64,000 nt of DNA from an uncultured Acidovorax sp. (GTDB taxonomy: Bacteria > Pseudomonadota > Gammaproteobacteria > Burkholderiales > Burkholderiaceae_C): NCBI GenBank assembly GCA_913774955.1, contig CAJYKV010000007.1, positions 333,693 to 397,692 of the forward strand. The letters are read 5' to 3'. The translations under genes were made by a program, and so were the position numbers. The first letter of the stretch is position 1. Each line of letters starts with the position of its first letter. The notes below the pieces were generated by a model that did no database searches, was not told the DNA's origin, and saw only the letters and a list, made by a program, of their open reading frames with translations. Shown here one piece after another: positions 31,184-40,114 of this stretch.

Positions 31184-33031
31184 TCAGCGCGGCAGCGCGA
31201 CCAGATGGCCCGCCGGTGCGGCGCCGCCGTGGGCCGCGTCGTCGAGCGTGAAGCCCGCCACGGTGCGCGAGAGGTTGTGGGCCTGGTCGTTGAGCACGCC
31301 GGAGGCCGCCGTCGATTCCTCGACCAGCGCCGCGTTCTGCTGCGTGGCGCGGTCCATCTCGGCCACGGCCTGGTTGATCTGGCCGATGCCCGCGCTCTGC
31401 TCGGCCATCGAGCCGTTGATCTCGCCGATGATCTGCGTGACGCGCTGGATGCCGTCCACGATCTCGCCCATCGTCTCGCCCGCGGCGCGCACGCGCTGGG
31501 TACCCGTGACCACGCTCGCGCCCGAGGCGTCGATCAGCGTCTTGATCTCCTTCGCCGCTTCGGCGCTGCGCTGCGCGAGACTGCGCACCTCGCCGGCCAC
31601 CACCGCGAAGCCCCGGCCCTGCTCGCCGGCACGGGCGGCTTCCACCGCGGCGTTCAGCGCCAGGATGTTGGTCTGGAAGGCGATGGAATCGATCACCCCG
31701 ATGATCTCGCCGATCTTCGACGAGGCGCCGGAGATCTCGTCCATGGTGCTCACCGCGCTGGCCACCACCTCGCCACCCTTCAGGGCCGAGGCGCTCGCCG
31801 CATTGGCCAGGCGCGTGGCCTGGGCCGCCGCATCGGCCGACTGCTTGAGGTTGACGGTGAGCTGCGAGAGCGACGCCGACGTTTCCTGCAGCGCGCTGGC
31901 TGAGCCTTCGGTGCGGTTGGAGAGGTCCTGGTTGCCGGCACGGATCTCGTCGGTGGCGGTCTTCATCGACTCCACGCCGTGGCGCACGTCCTTGAGCACG
32001 GTGCCGATCTGCTCCACGAAGGCGTTGAACGACGACGCGATCTGCGCCACCTCGTCGCGGCCCGAGACGGGCAGGCGCTGGGTCAGGTCGCCGCCGCCGG
32101 AGCCGATGCGGTCCATCGCGTCGCGCACCTGCGAGAGGCGGCGGAACGACGTGGCCGTGAGCAGTGCCGCGACACCGGCCGCGGCCAGCGCCAGCAGCAC
32201 GATCGCGATGGCCAGGGTGTGCAGCACGCTGCGCAGGCCGGCCGTGGCCTCGGCCTTGTCCAGCGCCACGACGAGCGTCCAGTCCGTGCCCTGCACGGGG
32301 CGGCCCTTGAGCAGCTTGGCGGTGCCGCCCATCTCCACCTCGACCGGCTTGTCGGCCGTGGCGAGCGACGCCATGGTGGCAGGCGTGAGCAGCGGAGAGA
32401 TCTCGGTGACGGGCTTGAGTGCCAGCTTGGCATCGGCATGGGCCAGCACCTGCCCGTCGCTGTTCACCACGAACCCGAAGCTGCCCGGCGTGGGGCGGAT
32501 GGCCGCGACCACCTCGCGCACGCCGTCGAGCGGCACCGCGCCGCTCAGCACGCCCTCGAGCTTGCCGGCGCGCAGCATGGGCGCCACGAACGCCACGTAG
32601 GGCACGCCGGTGGTGGAATCGCCGTAGGGCTTGGTGACGGCCAGCTTGCCGGCCTGCACCGCGGTCTTGTACCAGGGCCGCGCGGTGGGATCGTAGCCCG
32701 CGGGTGTGGTCGTGGTGGAGAAGAAGGTCTTGTCTTCCCAGCCCACGGTGGTGATCGGGAAGCCGTTGGCCTTGCCCATCAGGGCCACGTAGCGCTGCGG
32801 ATCGCCCATCTCCACGGCTGCGGCGGTCGCCTCCACCGCCCGGGCCTTGGCGGCCACCCACTGGTCGACGGCCATCGCATTGCCCGCCGTTACCGCGTTC
32901 AGGTCCTGCTCGATGGTCTCGAACGTGCTGGAGCGGGTGATGCTGTACGTGGCGGCCCCGGTGACCGCCAGGGCACATACCACGGTAGCGGTGCTGATGA
33001 AGAGAATTTTGGAGCGCAGTGTCTGGAGCAT
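31184..33031 (-). CDS. Methyl-accepting chemotaxis protein with dCache sensor
   Basis: YDPTARPWY Cache motif, [34 protein letters not shown]. Confidence 0.95.
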   Translation of the reverse strand: MLQTLRSKILFISTATVVCALAVTGAATYSITRSSTFETIEQDLNAVTAGNAMAVDQWVAAKARAVEATAAAVEMGDPQRYVALMGKANGFPITTVGWEDKTFFSTTTTPAGYDPTARPWYKTAVQAGKLAVTKPYGDSTTGVPYVAFVAPMLRAGKLEGVLSGAVPLDGVREVVAAIRPTPGSFGFVVNSDGQVLAHADAKLALKPVTEISPLLTPATMASLATADKPVEVEMGGTAKLLKGRPVQGTDWTLVVALDKAEATAGLRSVLHTLAIAIVLLALAAAGVAALLTATSFRRLSQVRDAMDRIGSGGGDLTQRLPVSGRDEVAQIASSFNAFVEQIGTVLKDVRHGVESMKTATDEIRAGNQDLSNRTEGSASALQETSASLSQLTVNLKQSADAAAQATRLANAASASALKGGEVVASAVSTMDEISGASSKIGEIIGVIDSIAFQTNILALNAAVEAARAGEQGRGFAVVAGEVRSLAQRSAEAAKEIKTLIDASGASVVTGTQRVRAAGETMGEIVDGIQRVTQIIGEINGSMAEQSAGIGQINQAVAEMDRATQQNAALVEESTAASGVLNDQAHNLSRTVAGFTLDDAAHGGAAPAGHLVALPR

Positions 33032-33152
33032 GTCAAACCTTCTTGCAAAGAAGCGTTTGGATTACACCCCAGGATGTTTCTTTCGTTTACGCAAATATCC
33101 AAAGTGTTGCTTACGTGCCGCTCGGCCGTAAGCAGGTTGCAAGCAACGGGGC

Positions 33153-34430
33153 TCAAGTCAGCGGGGGAACGTCCTTGCCGTCGAGCACGGCATGGGCCCG
33201 GGTTCGGTCGATGTCGCCCTCCCAGGCGGCGATGGCCACCGTGGCCACGCAGTTGCCCACGAGGTTGCCCAGGGCCCGCGCGATGCCCATGAACCAGTCC
33301 ACCGACAGCACCAGCACCAGGCCGATCGCAGGGATGGCCGGGATCGCGTGCAGGGTGGCGGCCAGCACCACAATGGCCGAGCCCGGCACGCCATGCGCGC
33401 CCTTGGAGGTCACGAGCGAGATCGCGAGGATGGTCAGCAGGTCGGCCATGCTGATCGGCGTGTTGGTCGCCTGGGCGATGAACACGGCCGCGAGCGTGAT
33501 GTAGATGGAGAACGCATCCAGGTTGAACGAGTAGCCCGTGGGGATCACCAGCCCCACGGTGGAATCGCGCACGCCCATGTGCTTGAGCTTGGCCATGATC
33601 TGCGGCAGCACGCTGTCGGACGAGGTGGTGGCGAACACCACGGCCAGTTCTTCGCGCAGGTAGCGCAGCAGCTTGAACAGACTGAAACCCGAGAAGCGCA
33701 TGATGAGCCCGAGCACCACCACGACGAACAGCGCCACGGCGAGGTAGAACAGCCCCACCAGCATGCCGAGCTGCTTGAGCGAGCCCACGCCGTATTTGCC
33801 CACGGTGAAGGCGATGGCGCCCAGCACGCCGAGCGGCGCGAGCTGGATGATGAGACCCATCGCGCGGAACAGCACCACCGAGAAATCCTCGATGAGCCCG
33901 GCCACGCGCGCGCCGCGCTCGCCCACCAGCGCCAGCGCGCAGCCGAAGATGATCGAGAACAGCAGCACCTGCAGCACGTCGCCCGTGGAGAAGGCGCTCA
34001 CCGCGGTCGTGGGAATGAGCTTGAGCGCGAAATCGCTGAAACCGCCGCCCGAGAGCTTGTTCGCGTTGTCGGTGTAGGCGCTCATTGCCGAGGCGTCCAG
34101 CCCGCGCGGGTCCACGTTCATGCCCACGCCGGGCTCGAACACGAATGCCAGCACCAGGCCCAGCGCCAGCGCGACGGTGGTGACCACCTCGAAGTAGATC
34201 AGCGACTTGATGCCCACCCGGCCCACGCGCTTCAGGTCCCCCGTACCGGCGATGCCGTGCACCACCACGCAGAACACCACCAGCGGGATCAGCATCTTGA
34301 TGAGCTTGATGAAGCCGTCGCCCAGCGGCTTGAGCTGCACCGCCCATTGCGGCGCGAGCAGGCCGAGGAGAACGCCGACCACGAGCGCGAGGACCACGCG
34401 GCCGAAAAGGGTGCGAAACAGAAAGTGCAT
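33153..34430 (-). CDS. dctA: C4-dicarboxylate:cation symporter (DAACS family)
   Basis: LKPLGDGFIKLIKM, TGYSFNLD, TSKGAHGV; possibly a paralog with another substrate. Confidence 0.88.
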   Translation of the reverse strand: MHFLFRTLFGRVVLALVVGVLLGLLAPQWAVQLKPLGDGFIKLIKMLIPLVVFCVVVHGIAGTGDLKRVGRVGIKSLIYFEVVTTVALALGLVLAFVFEPGVGMNVDPRGLDASAMSAYTDNANKLSGGGFSDFALKLIPTTAVSAFSTGDVLQVLLFSIIFGCALALVGERGARVAGLIEDFSVVLFRAMGLIIQLAPLGVLGAIAFTVGKYGVGSLKQLGMLVGLFYLAVALFVVVVLGLIMRFSGFSLFKLLRYLREELAVVFATTSSDSVLPQIMAKLKHMGVRDSTVGLVIPTGYSFNLDAFSIYITLAAVFIAQATNTPISMADLLTILAISLVTSKGAHGVPGSAIVVLAATLHAIPAIPAIGLVLVLSVDWFMGIARALGNLVGNCVATVAIAAWEGDIDRTRAHAVLDGKDVPPLT

Positions 34431-34548
34431 GAGGGTTCCCGGAAGAGGCGCAGCCGTCGACTTGTGCGCCGAACTTGCATACAAAAAATGTAGACAGGAA
34501 ACGGTCGAGCCCGCTGGGGGTAATCCCGGGTTGCGTGTCGCGTGGGCG

Positions 34549-34573
34549 AAAAAAAGCCGGGCAGGTGCCCGGC
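34549..34573 (-). terminator. Rho-independent terminator, minus strand
   Basis: Minus strand: GCCGGGC-ACCT-GCCCGGC followed by 7 T. Confidence 0.75.
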
Positions 34574-34775
34574 GGTTGGGGGGCGTTACGAGGTGAGCGC
34601 TGGAAGCGCAGTGTTCGTGATCTCGCGCTGCGGCCGATGCCGATACGCGCCGTGTGCTGGCATGCCGTGATGGCAGTTGTCCGTGGCACTGTCAAACCCG
34701 TTCTTCAATGCCTCAGTGAGTACCGTGCCTCAGCCAAGATGGGTTTGCAATTGGTAACTTTTCGTCTGCTGCTGC

Positions 34776-34814
34776 ACGGGTGCTGGCTGCGGCGGGAAGT
34801 TCATAACACGCATC
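34776..34814 (+). mobile_element. IS5 right-end remnant
   Basis: CACGGGTGCTGGCTGCGGCGGGAAGTTCATAACACGCATC matches the last about 39 bp of the IS5 at 37997-38035 (one substitution, one insertion), same orientation. Confidence 0.8.
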
Positions 34815-34906
34815 TAGGCCGATGCGGTTCATGAACAGCTTTAAGGTGAAATCCCAGGCGCGCCCAGTCCGGGAGAACGGCAAATGGAAGCCCAAAAAAT
34901 TTTTAT

Positions 34907-35185
34907 CTATTTATTTAATGCATTGTCAATGATTGAGAGATACCTAAAAACTTGATCGCGGTCACTATCTTTCTCTTTGTTTGATAAATCTGAATATTTG
35001 GTATGCGCCTGCCTTTCCCACTTCTCAACAAGATCAGGCGGGATAACTAAAGATCCATCGGCTAGTTTTTTGCACTTTGAGTGCATATATTTTTGCCAAT
35101 GAGACCATCTCTCATGCTCGATGTCTGCAAGCACTTCCACAATAGCCGATAGGTCGGAGCTGATCATGTTTTGCGTATTGGTCAT
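34907..35185 (-). CDS. Small RyR-repeat-like protein
   Basis: 92 aa; LADIEHERW and YSDLSNKEKDSDR resemble the RyR repeat pattern LAxxxHxxW...YxxLxxxEKxxDR; TAATG overlap with the caspase stop. Confidence 0.6.
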   Translation of the reverse strand: MTNTQNMISSDLSAIVEVLADIEHERWSHWQKYMHSKCKKLADGSLVIPPDLVEKWERQAHTKYSDLSNKEKDSDRDQVFRYLSIIDNALNK

Positions 35186-36171
35186 TAAATCCTTCCTAGA
35201 GCGGCAAGGCTTCTGTAATGCTCGCCGAGTGCCGTTAATTTGACCGATTTACTACCCATGGCAGCGTAGTACATGTGCTCCGCCTCCAGGGGAACAACAA
35301 GACCTACACGGTTGAAGTTTTGCAAGATTTTGAAAATTGGTGTTTTGAGAGGGTCAGGTGATGGAATGCTCATATCATCACTGCCATTCCTCGCAGGTTC
35401 GTAGGTGGGATCTAAGGGAAAATGATATCCGGGCGACGGGAAAAATTCATTGATCCTTCGGAGTTCCGTTGTTAGCAGTGGAGGTTGAACCTTACGAAGA
35501 GAAATAAAGCGCTTTACGTTTGTTTTGAAAACTGGGCGCTGTTCGCTCCAAGCGCCTAATGATTGATCGATGTGAGCATAAATGCTACCCGGCGAGACAT
35601 CGCCAACTAAGTTGGCCGCCGCACCGGTTAAAGCATTTACTAGTAAGTTGGTAAAAACTCCGCCACCACCACTCTCAAGTGCGTACTGATCTTTTGTTGA
35701 GGCTGTCAGGATCGTTACGCCATCATTTATCTCAGCAATGCTGTCGTTAAGAGCAGACGCCCCAGCAATGCCGCCATGGCAGCTATCGAGGATAATCACC
35801 TTATTGGCTATCTTGGACTTATTCGCCAAGACCATTATTTCTGCCAAAGAAACCCCGTCGTTACCTTCGGAATCAACATCCGATGAGCATATGTATCCGC
35901 CGGTTACGTCGAAGTGTCCATGTCCAGCGAAGTAGAGTAATGCAATGTCTCCTGTGTCAGAGAATAGTTGGGCAATATTGTCTTTCAGCTGTTTTTTGGA
36001 TATTGCATTGTTTGTGTCCGTGCTGCATATCTGTTTAACCTCGAAATTTCTCGATCCATCTGCGTGAAATTCAAGTAATGCGCCAACTCTTGAGGCGTCA
36101 TTGACACAGCCATAAAGTGGAGAAACTTTTGAGTAGTAGTTGACGCCAACTACTAAAGCTTTTTTGGTCAT
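35185..36171 (-). CDS. Caspase-like protease (peptidase C14) with C-terminal accessory domain
   Basis: [24 protein letters not shown]84G, ILDSC131HGG, GGGVFT; ATGA overlap with the upstream TIR gene. Confidence 0.93.
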   Translation of the reverse strand: MTKKALVVGVNYYSKVSPLYGCVNDASRVGALLEFHADGSRNFEVKQICSTDTNNAISKKQLKDNIAQLFSDTGDIALLYFAGHGHFDVTGGYICSSDVDSEGNDGVSLAEIMVLANKSKIANKVIILDSCHGGIAGASALNDSIAEINDGVTILTASTKDQYALESGGGGVFTNLLVNALTGAAANLVGDVSPGSIYAHIDQSLGAWSEQRPVFKTNVKRFISLRKVQPPLLTTELRRINEFFPSPGYHFPLDPTYEPARNGSDDMSIPSPDPLKTPIFKILQNFNRVGLVVPLEAEHMYYAAMGSKSVKLTALGEHYRSLAALGRI

Positions 36172-36539
36172 AGCGAATCAATCCAAGAGGCTATATTTTC
36201 CCATGTCCAAGACATTGTTTGAACATTTGGTAAAGAAGTTGAGTCATTCTTATAAGCCCAAATGCCTCGAACGTTTTTCCCTTCTTCCTTTGCGCAAGCA
36301 ATTTCCCACTTTTGCCCTGTCGAGTTTAAAGAGTTTTGGGTGGATATCACCAAAACACCATCGGCTCTTTTTATTCTAGTTCTGACTTTTGTCTTCCAAT
36401 CCTCTTCGTATGCTTCTTTAACGGACATGTCTATATATTCAAAAGGACTGCGTGTATTAAGGGATTGTCCTTTGATCATGTCGCGAATCCGTTCATCCTC
36501 GATGGCAAAGGCTACAAAAATGACTTTTTTATTACTCAA
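36168..36539 (-). CDS. ThsB-like short TIR protein (MTH538/DUF1863-type)
   Basis: TTG start after AAGGA; [25 protein letters not shown]79I catalytic-type Glu. Confidence 0.82.
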   Translation of the reverse strand: MSNKKVIFVAFAIEDERIRDMIKGQSLNTRSPFEYIDMSVKEAYEEDWKTKVRTRIKRADGVLVISTQNSLNSTGQKWEIACAKEEGKNVRGIWAYKNDSTSLPNVQTMSWTWENIASWIDSL

Positions 36540-36548
36540 GATATTCCT

Positions 36549-37040
36549 TTAGAGTTGACCCAGCGAACGACGAAGTTCTTGGTAGAAAGTCTTCGTTTCC
36601 CTTTCCGAAAAATTCTCAAGGACAAGACCTGCTGTACTGCGCGATACAGTTCTTTGGCGAGTTATGGCTGCTGACTGCCTTGCATATTCATCCAAATCTC
36701 GGTCGCTTGTAAGGTAGGGCCATTTTTTGAGATATTCAGGAACATCTACCGCCCTGTTTGCATAGGTGGCTAGCGGAAAGTCTTTTTCGCTTGCAACACC
36801 TATTTCCCATGGCACCCACCAAGAGTCCTTTGTGGCATATGAAATTACGGCAATCAATTGATTGCACTTGCCCATCTCGGCCTTCAAGTGGTCCGCTAGT
36901 TCGTATCCGTTTTTGTACAGCGCAGTATCTACGACGTCTAGATATGTTTCGATGCCATGGTTGATTCTCAGATGGTTTGCCACTCCGAGAGCGGTTGTTG
37001 AATCTTCTTTCTTGTGAGAGATAAATATTTTTGACTTCAT
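36549..37040 (-). CDS. TIR domain protein (TIR_2-like)
   Basis: KIFISHKKED, YLD, SWWVPWE79IGVA; start placed at ATG 37040. Confidence 0.9.
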   Translation of the reverse strand: MKSKIFISHKKEDSTTALGVANHLRINHGIETYLDVVDTALYKNGYELADHLKAEMGKCNQLIAVISYATKDSWWVPWEIGVASEKDFPLATYANRAVDVPEYLKKWPYLTSDRDLDEYARQSAAITRQRTVSRSTAGLVLENFSERETKTFYQELRRSLGQL

Positions 37041-37082
37041 ATTCAAAAAAATAGTGAGACCAGGAGGTTGACCGCTTTTATA

Positions 37083-37109
37083 ATTATGCAAATTATTGCT
37101 GAATGTCAA
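37083..37109 (-). promoter_or_regulatory. Candidate sigma70 promoter of the TIR-caspase operon
   Basis: Perfect TTGACA (37109-37104) with CATAAT 15 bp downstream (short spacer) in AT-rich DNA. Confidence 0.4.
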
Positions 37110-37171
37110 CTTAGTATTTTCCAGTAGGCGTTCATTGACCGCAGCCGCTTACCGCGCTAGGTCGTGATATA

Positions 37172-38035
37172 GAGCGTGTTATGGACTTTGGGCCCGTGGG
37201 CGCGAAGCCAAGGGTAGAGTTTGCAGATGCTCCGCAAGCCCTACCCGACGGACGTCAGCAATGATGAATGTAGCCTCGCTGCGCCCTACCTGACCTTGAT
37301 GGACCAGCACGCTCCCCACCGCGAGCATGATCTGCGCGAAGTCTTCAACGCCCTGCGCTGGCTGGTGCGCGCGGGAGCGCCATGGCGAATGCGCCCAATG
37401 ATCTGCCGCCGTGGGAGGCGGTCTACCAGCAGAGCCGGCGCTGGCTGGACGCGGGTTGCTTCGAGGCGATGGTGTCTGACCTGCGATCCATCATCCGCTT
37501 GGCACAAGGACGCCAAGGTCAGCCAGCGCCGTCGTGATTGACGGGCGCACGCTGCAATCGAGCTGCGAAAGCGGCCCACGCGCAGGCTACGACGGCTACA
37601 AACGCAAGCGTGGCAGCAAGGTGCACATGGCTGTGGGCCACCTGCTGGCGGTGTATGTCACGCCTGCAGGCAAACAGGAACGTGCGCAAGTACAGCGCCT
37701 GTGCGGAGACGTGCAACAGGCCACGGGCCACACGGTGAAACTGGCTTGGGCCGACCAGGGCTATACGGGGGAAGCGCCATCTAAGGCAGCGCAGGACAAC
37801 AGCATCAACCTGCAGATCGTGAAGCTGCCCGAGGCGAAGAAGGGCTTTGTACTGCTGCCGCGGCGCTGGGTGGTGGCGAGAAGCTTAGGTCGGCTGACGA
37901 GGCTTCGCAGGCTCTCACGGGACTATGAGCGGTTGCCGGAAGTGCTCGGCGAATTGCATTTCTTGGTCTTCGCTGTGCTGATGTTGCTCTCCGTCCCACG
38001 GGTGCTGGCTGCGGCGGGAAGTTCATAATACGCTC
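37172..38035 (+). mobile_element. IS5 family (IS1031-like) insertion sequence, defective
   Basis: 864 bp; IRL GAGCGTGTTATGGACTT vs IRR (rc) GAGCGTATTATGAACTT, 15/17; transposase RKPYPTD, YDGYKRKRGSKVH, ADQGY, LLPRRWVV. Confidence 0.92.
37227..38028 (+). pseudogene. IS5 transposase pseudogene
   Basis: 1-bp deletion near 37393; the usual DTL of AVDTLG is missing; catalytic WVVE reads WVVA (GCG at 37876). Confidence 0.85.
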
Positions 38036-38467
38036 TACACTGTATTTGGCCGTTGGAGCGATCCGTTGGACGATTTCTACGGTGCAATGGGGGAGGCGCA
38101 GATCAAGGTCGCTGTGTCTGGCGTGGTCACTCCCCGAGGTCCGGGACGCGCGCAGGTAGAGGTCGACGAATTGGGGTTTTATTTGCGAGATTCCTACGAT
38201 TTCAACGACGGCAATTCTTTCATCTCGCAGCCGCTGGGATGCTGGGGCTTCGAGGGCATGGAGTGCGGTCTTCGAACGAGCATGGATGTACCCATTTCGG
38301 ACACCGTGGTCGATGAGGAGCCTTCGGTTGTGCAAGGCTACAAATACGTTGTTCAAAACGCCCATTTCCGCGAATGGAGCGAGAAAAACCAGAAGGGCGG
38401 CGACTTCATGGTGTTGTCCAATGTGCACAGGGTGCGATTGCCATTCCCTGTAAAACTGGAGTGGTGA
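38036..38467 (+). pseudogene. 5'-truncated DUF6402 family gene (C-terminal half)
   Basis: YTVFGRWSDPLDDFYGAMG... aligns from Y155 of the 8375..9268 protein, about 70% identical by hand count; begins exactly at the IS IRR. Confidence 0.88.
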
Positions 38468-38482
38468 ATTGATGGTTGAAGT

Positions 38483-38866
38483 ATGAATGGAAAACGACTG
38501 GTGAGATGGACCGCCGTTGCGGTGTCGTTGCTGATCGTGGTCGGGTATTCCGCAGTCCCAAGGTACGATCGCAGCCACTATAGCCCGCGGCATGTGTACC
38601 GGCTCGATTATTACGAAGCCTCATGGCTGCAGCGGCTCATGCACTGGGATATGAAATATCCCCATGTGATCCGCTTGTACCGCGTCCAACCAGAAACCCT
38701 GTTGGGCGAAAGCGACGTCGTGGATCTCTGGTTGAATGGGGACATCAATTGGTGGTTCGACCCCCCGCTCAATGTCGTGCGCGTGGGGCAAGACGTGGTC
38801 TTCGAGAACATTCCTCCAGAGTGCGTCGATTGTCCGAGACTGCCAGACTCCGTTCTCATGCCCTGA
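38483..38866 (+). CDS. Membrane-anchored CxxC protein, DUF6402-associated paralog 4 (putative immunity protein)
   Basis: 127 aa; TM helix; SPRHVYRLDYYE; GQDVVFENIPPECVDCP. Confidence 0.82.
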   Translation: MNGKRLVRWTAVAVSLLIVVGYSAVPRYDRSHYSPRHVYRLDYYEASWLQRLMHWDMKYPHVIRLYRVQPETLLGESDVVDLWLNGDINWWFDPPLNVVRVGQDVVFENIPPECVDCPRLPDSVLMP

Positions 38867-38887
38867 CCGGCAGGCGGTCGTCCCCCC

Positions 38888-40114
38888 TCAACCCAACAGA
38901 TCGTGCAGCGCCCGCGCAATCACCTTGGTCGCGCGGCGCAAATCCTCCAGCTCCACGCGCTCGTCCGCGCGCTTGGCGTGCGAATCCAGCACGGTGCGCG
39001 GTCCCGCGCCGTAGATCACGCCGGGGATGCCACGTTCCACGTAGAGCCGCACGTCGGTGTAGAGCGGCGTGCCCACCGCGGGCGGGCGCTCGCCGAACAC
39101 TGCTTCCGTGTGGCGCTGGATCGCGTCCACCAGCGGGCGGTTGCCCTCCAGCGGCGTCATCGCGTTGGCGAGCAGCAGGCGGCGCACTTCCACGCGGATG
39201 CCCTCCATTCCGGCTGCGGCCTCGTCGATCACGCGGCGGATCGCGGCTTCGACCTCCACGGGGTTCTCTTCCGGGATCATGCGGCGGTCGAGCTTGAAGA
39301 CCACCTTGCCGGGCACGACGTTGGTGTTGGTACCGCCTTCGATGCGGCCCACGTTCAGGTAGGGGTGCTTGATGCCCTCGACATTGGACGTGACCTGCCG
39401 GTAGAGCGTGTTCTGCTGGTAGAGCGCGTTCAGGATGTGGACCGCGCCCTGCAGCGCATCGACGCCCGTGTGCGGCACGGCGGCATGGGCCATCTTGCCG
39501 TGCACGGTCACTTCCATCTGCAGGCAGCCGTTGTGGGCCGTCACCACCTCGTAGCTGAAGCCGGCGGCGATCATCAGGTCGGGCTTCGTCAGGCCCTGGG
39601 CGAGCAGCCAGCCGGGGCCGAGTTCGCCGCCGAATTCCTCGTCGTAGGTGAAGTGCAGCTCCACCGCGCCTTTCGCGGGTCGGGCGACGGCCTCCAGTGC
39701 GCGCACCGCGAAGGTGAACGAGGCGAAGTCGCTCTTGCTCACGGCCGTGGCGCGGCCGTACATCTTTCCGTCGACGATCTCGGCGCCGTAGGGGTCGTGC
39801 GTCCAGCCCTCGCCGGGCGGCACCACGTCGCCGTGCGCGTTGAGCGCGACCGTCGGGCCGCCCGCGCCGTAGGGGCGGCGCACGATCAGGTTGGTGACCG
39901 ATTCCATGCCGTAGGCACGCACCTCGCTCTCGGGCACGGCGTGCTTTTCCGCCGCATAGCCGAAGCCCTGCAGCAGTTCCGCGGTGCGTTCGGCGTGCGG
40001 GGCATTGTTGCCGGGCGGCGTGTCGGTGGGCACGCGCACGAGGGCCTGCAGGAACTGCACCTCCTCGTCGAAGTGCTGGTCGATCCAGGCGTCGAGTTGC
40101 TGGTAGTTGCTCAT
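38888..40114 (-). CDS. M20/ArgE-DapE family metallohydrolase
   Basis: LNAHGDVVP, YGRATAVSKSD, TYDEEFGG, HGKMAHAA; ATGA overlap with the upstream gene. Confidence 0.9.
   Translation of the reverse strand: MSNYQQLDAWIDQHFDEEVQFLQALVRVPTDTPPGNNAPHAERTAELLQGFGYAAEKHAVPESEVRAYGMESVTNLIVRRPYGAGGPTVALNAHGDVVPPGEGWTHDPYGAEIVDGKMYGRATAVSKSDFASFTFAVRALEAVARPAKGAVELHFTYDEEFGGELGPGWLLAQGLTKPDLMIAAGFSYEVVTAHNGCLQMEVTVHGKMAHAAVPHTGVDALQGAVHILNALYQQNTLYRQVTSNVEGIKHPYLNVGRIEGGTNTNVVPGKVVFKLDRRMIPEENPVEVEAAIRRVIDEAAAGMEGIRVEVRRLLLANAMTPLEGNRPLVDAIQRHTEAVFGERPPAVGTPLYTDVRLYVERGIPGVIYGAGPRTVLDSHAKRADERVELEDLRRATKVIARALHDLLG

Noticed and set aside
37041-37109. 23-aa N-terminal extension of the TIR gene from a TTG start
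   Set aside because: That TTG lies within the TTGACA promoter-like hexamer; the TIR fold begins at MKSKIFISH (ATG 37040)
34815-37171. Integron cassette origin for the defence operon
   Set aside because: No recognisable attC (RYYYAAC...GTTRRRY) hairpin and no integrase
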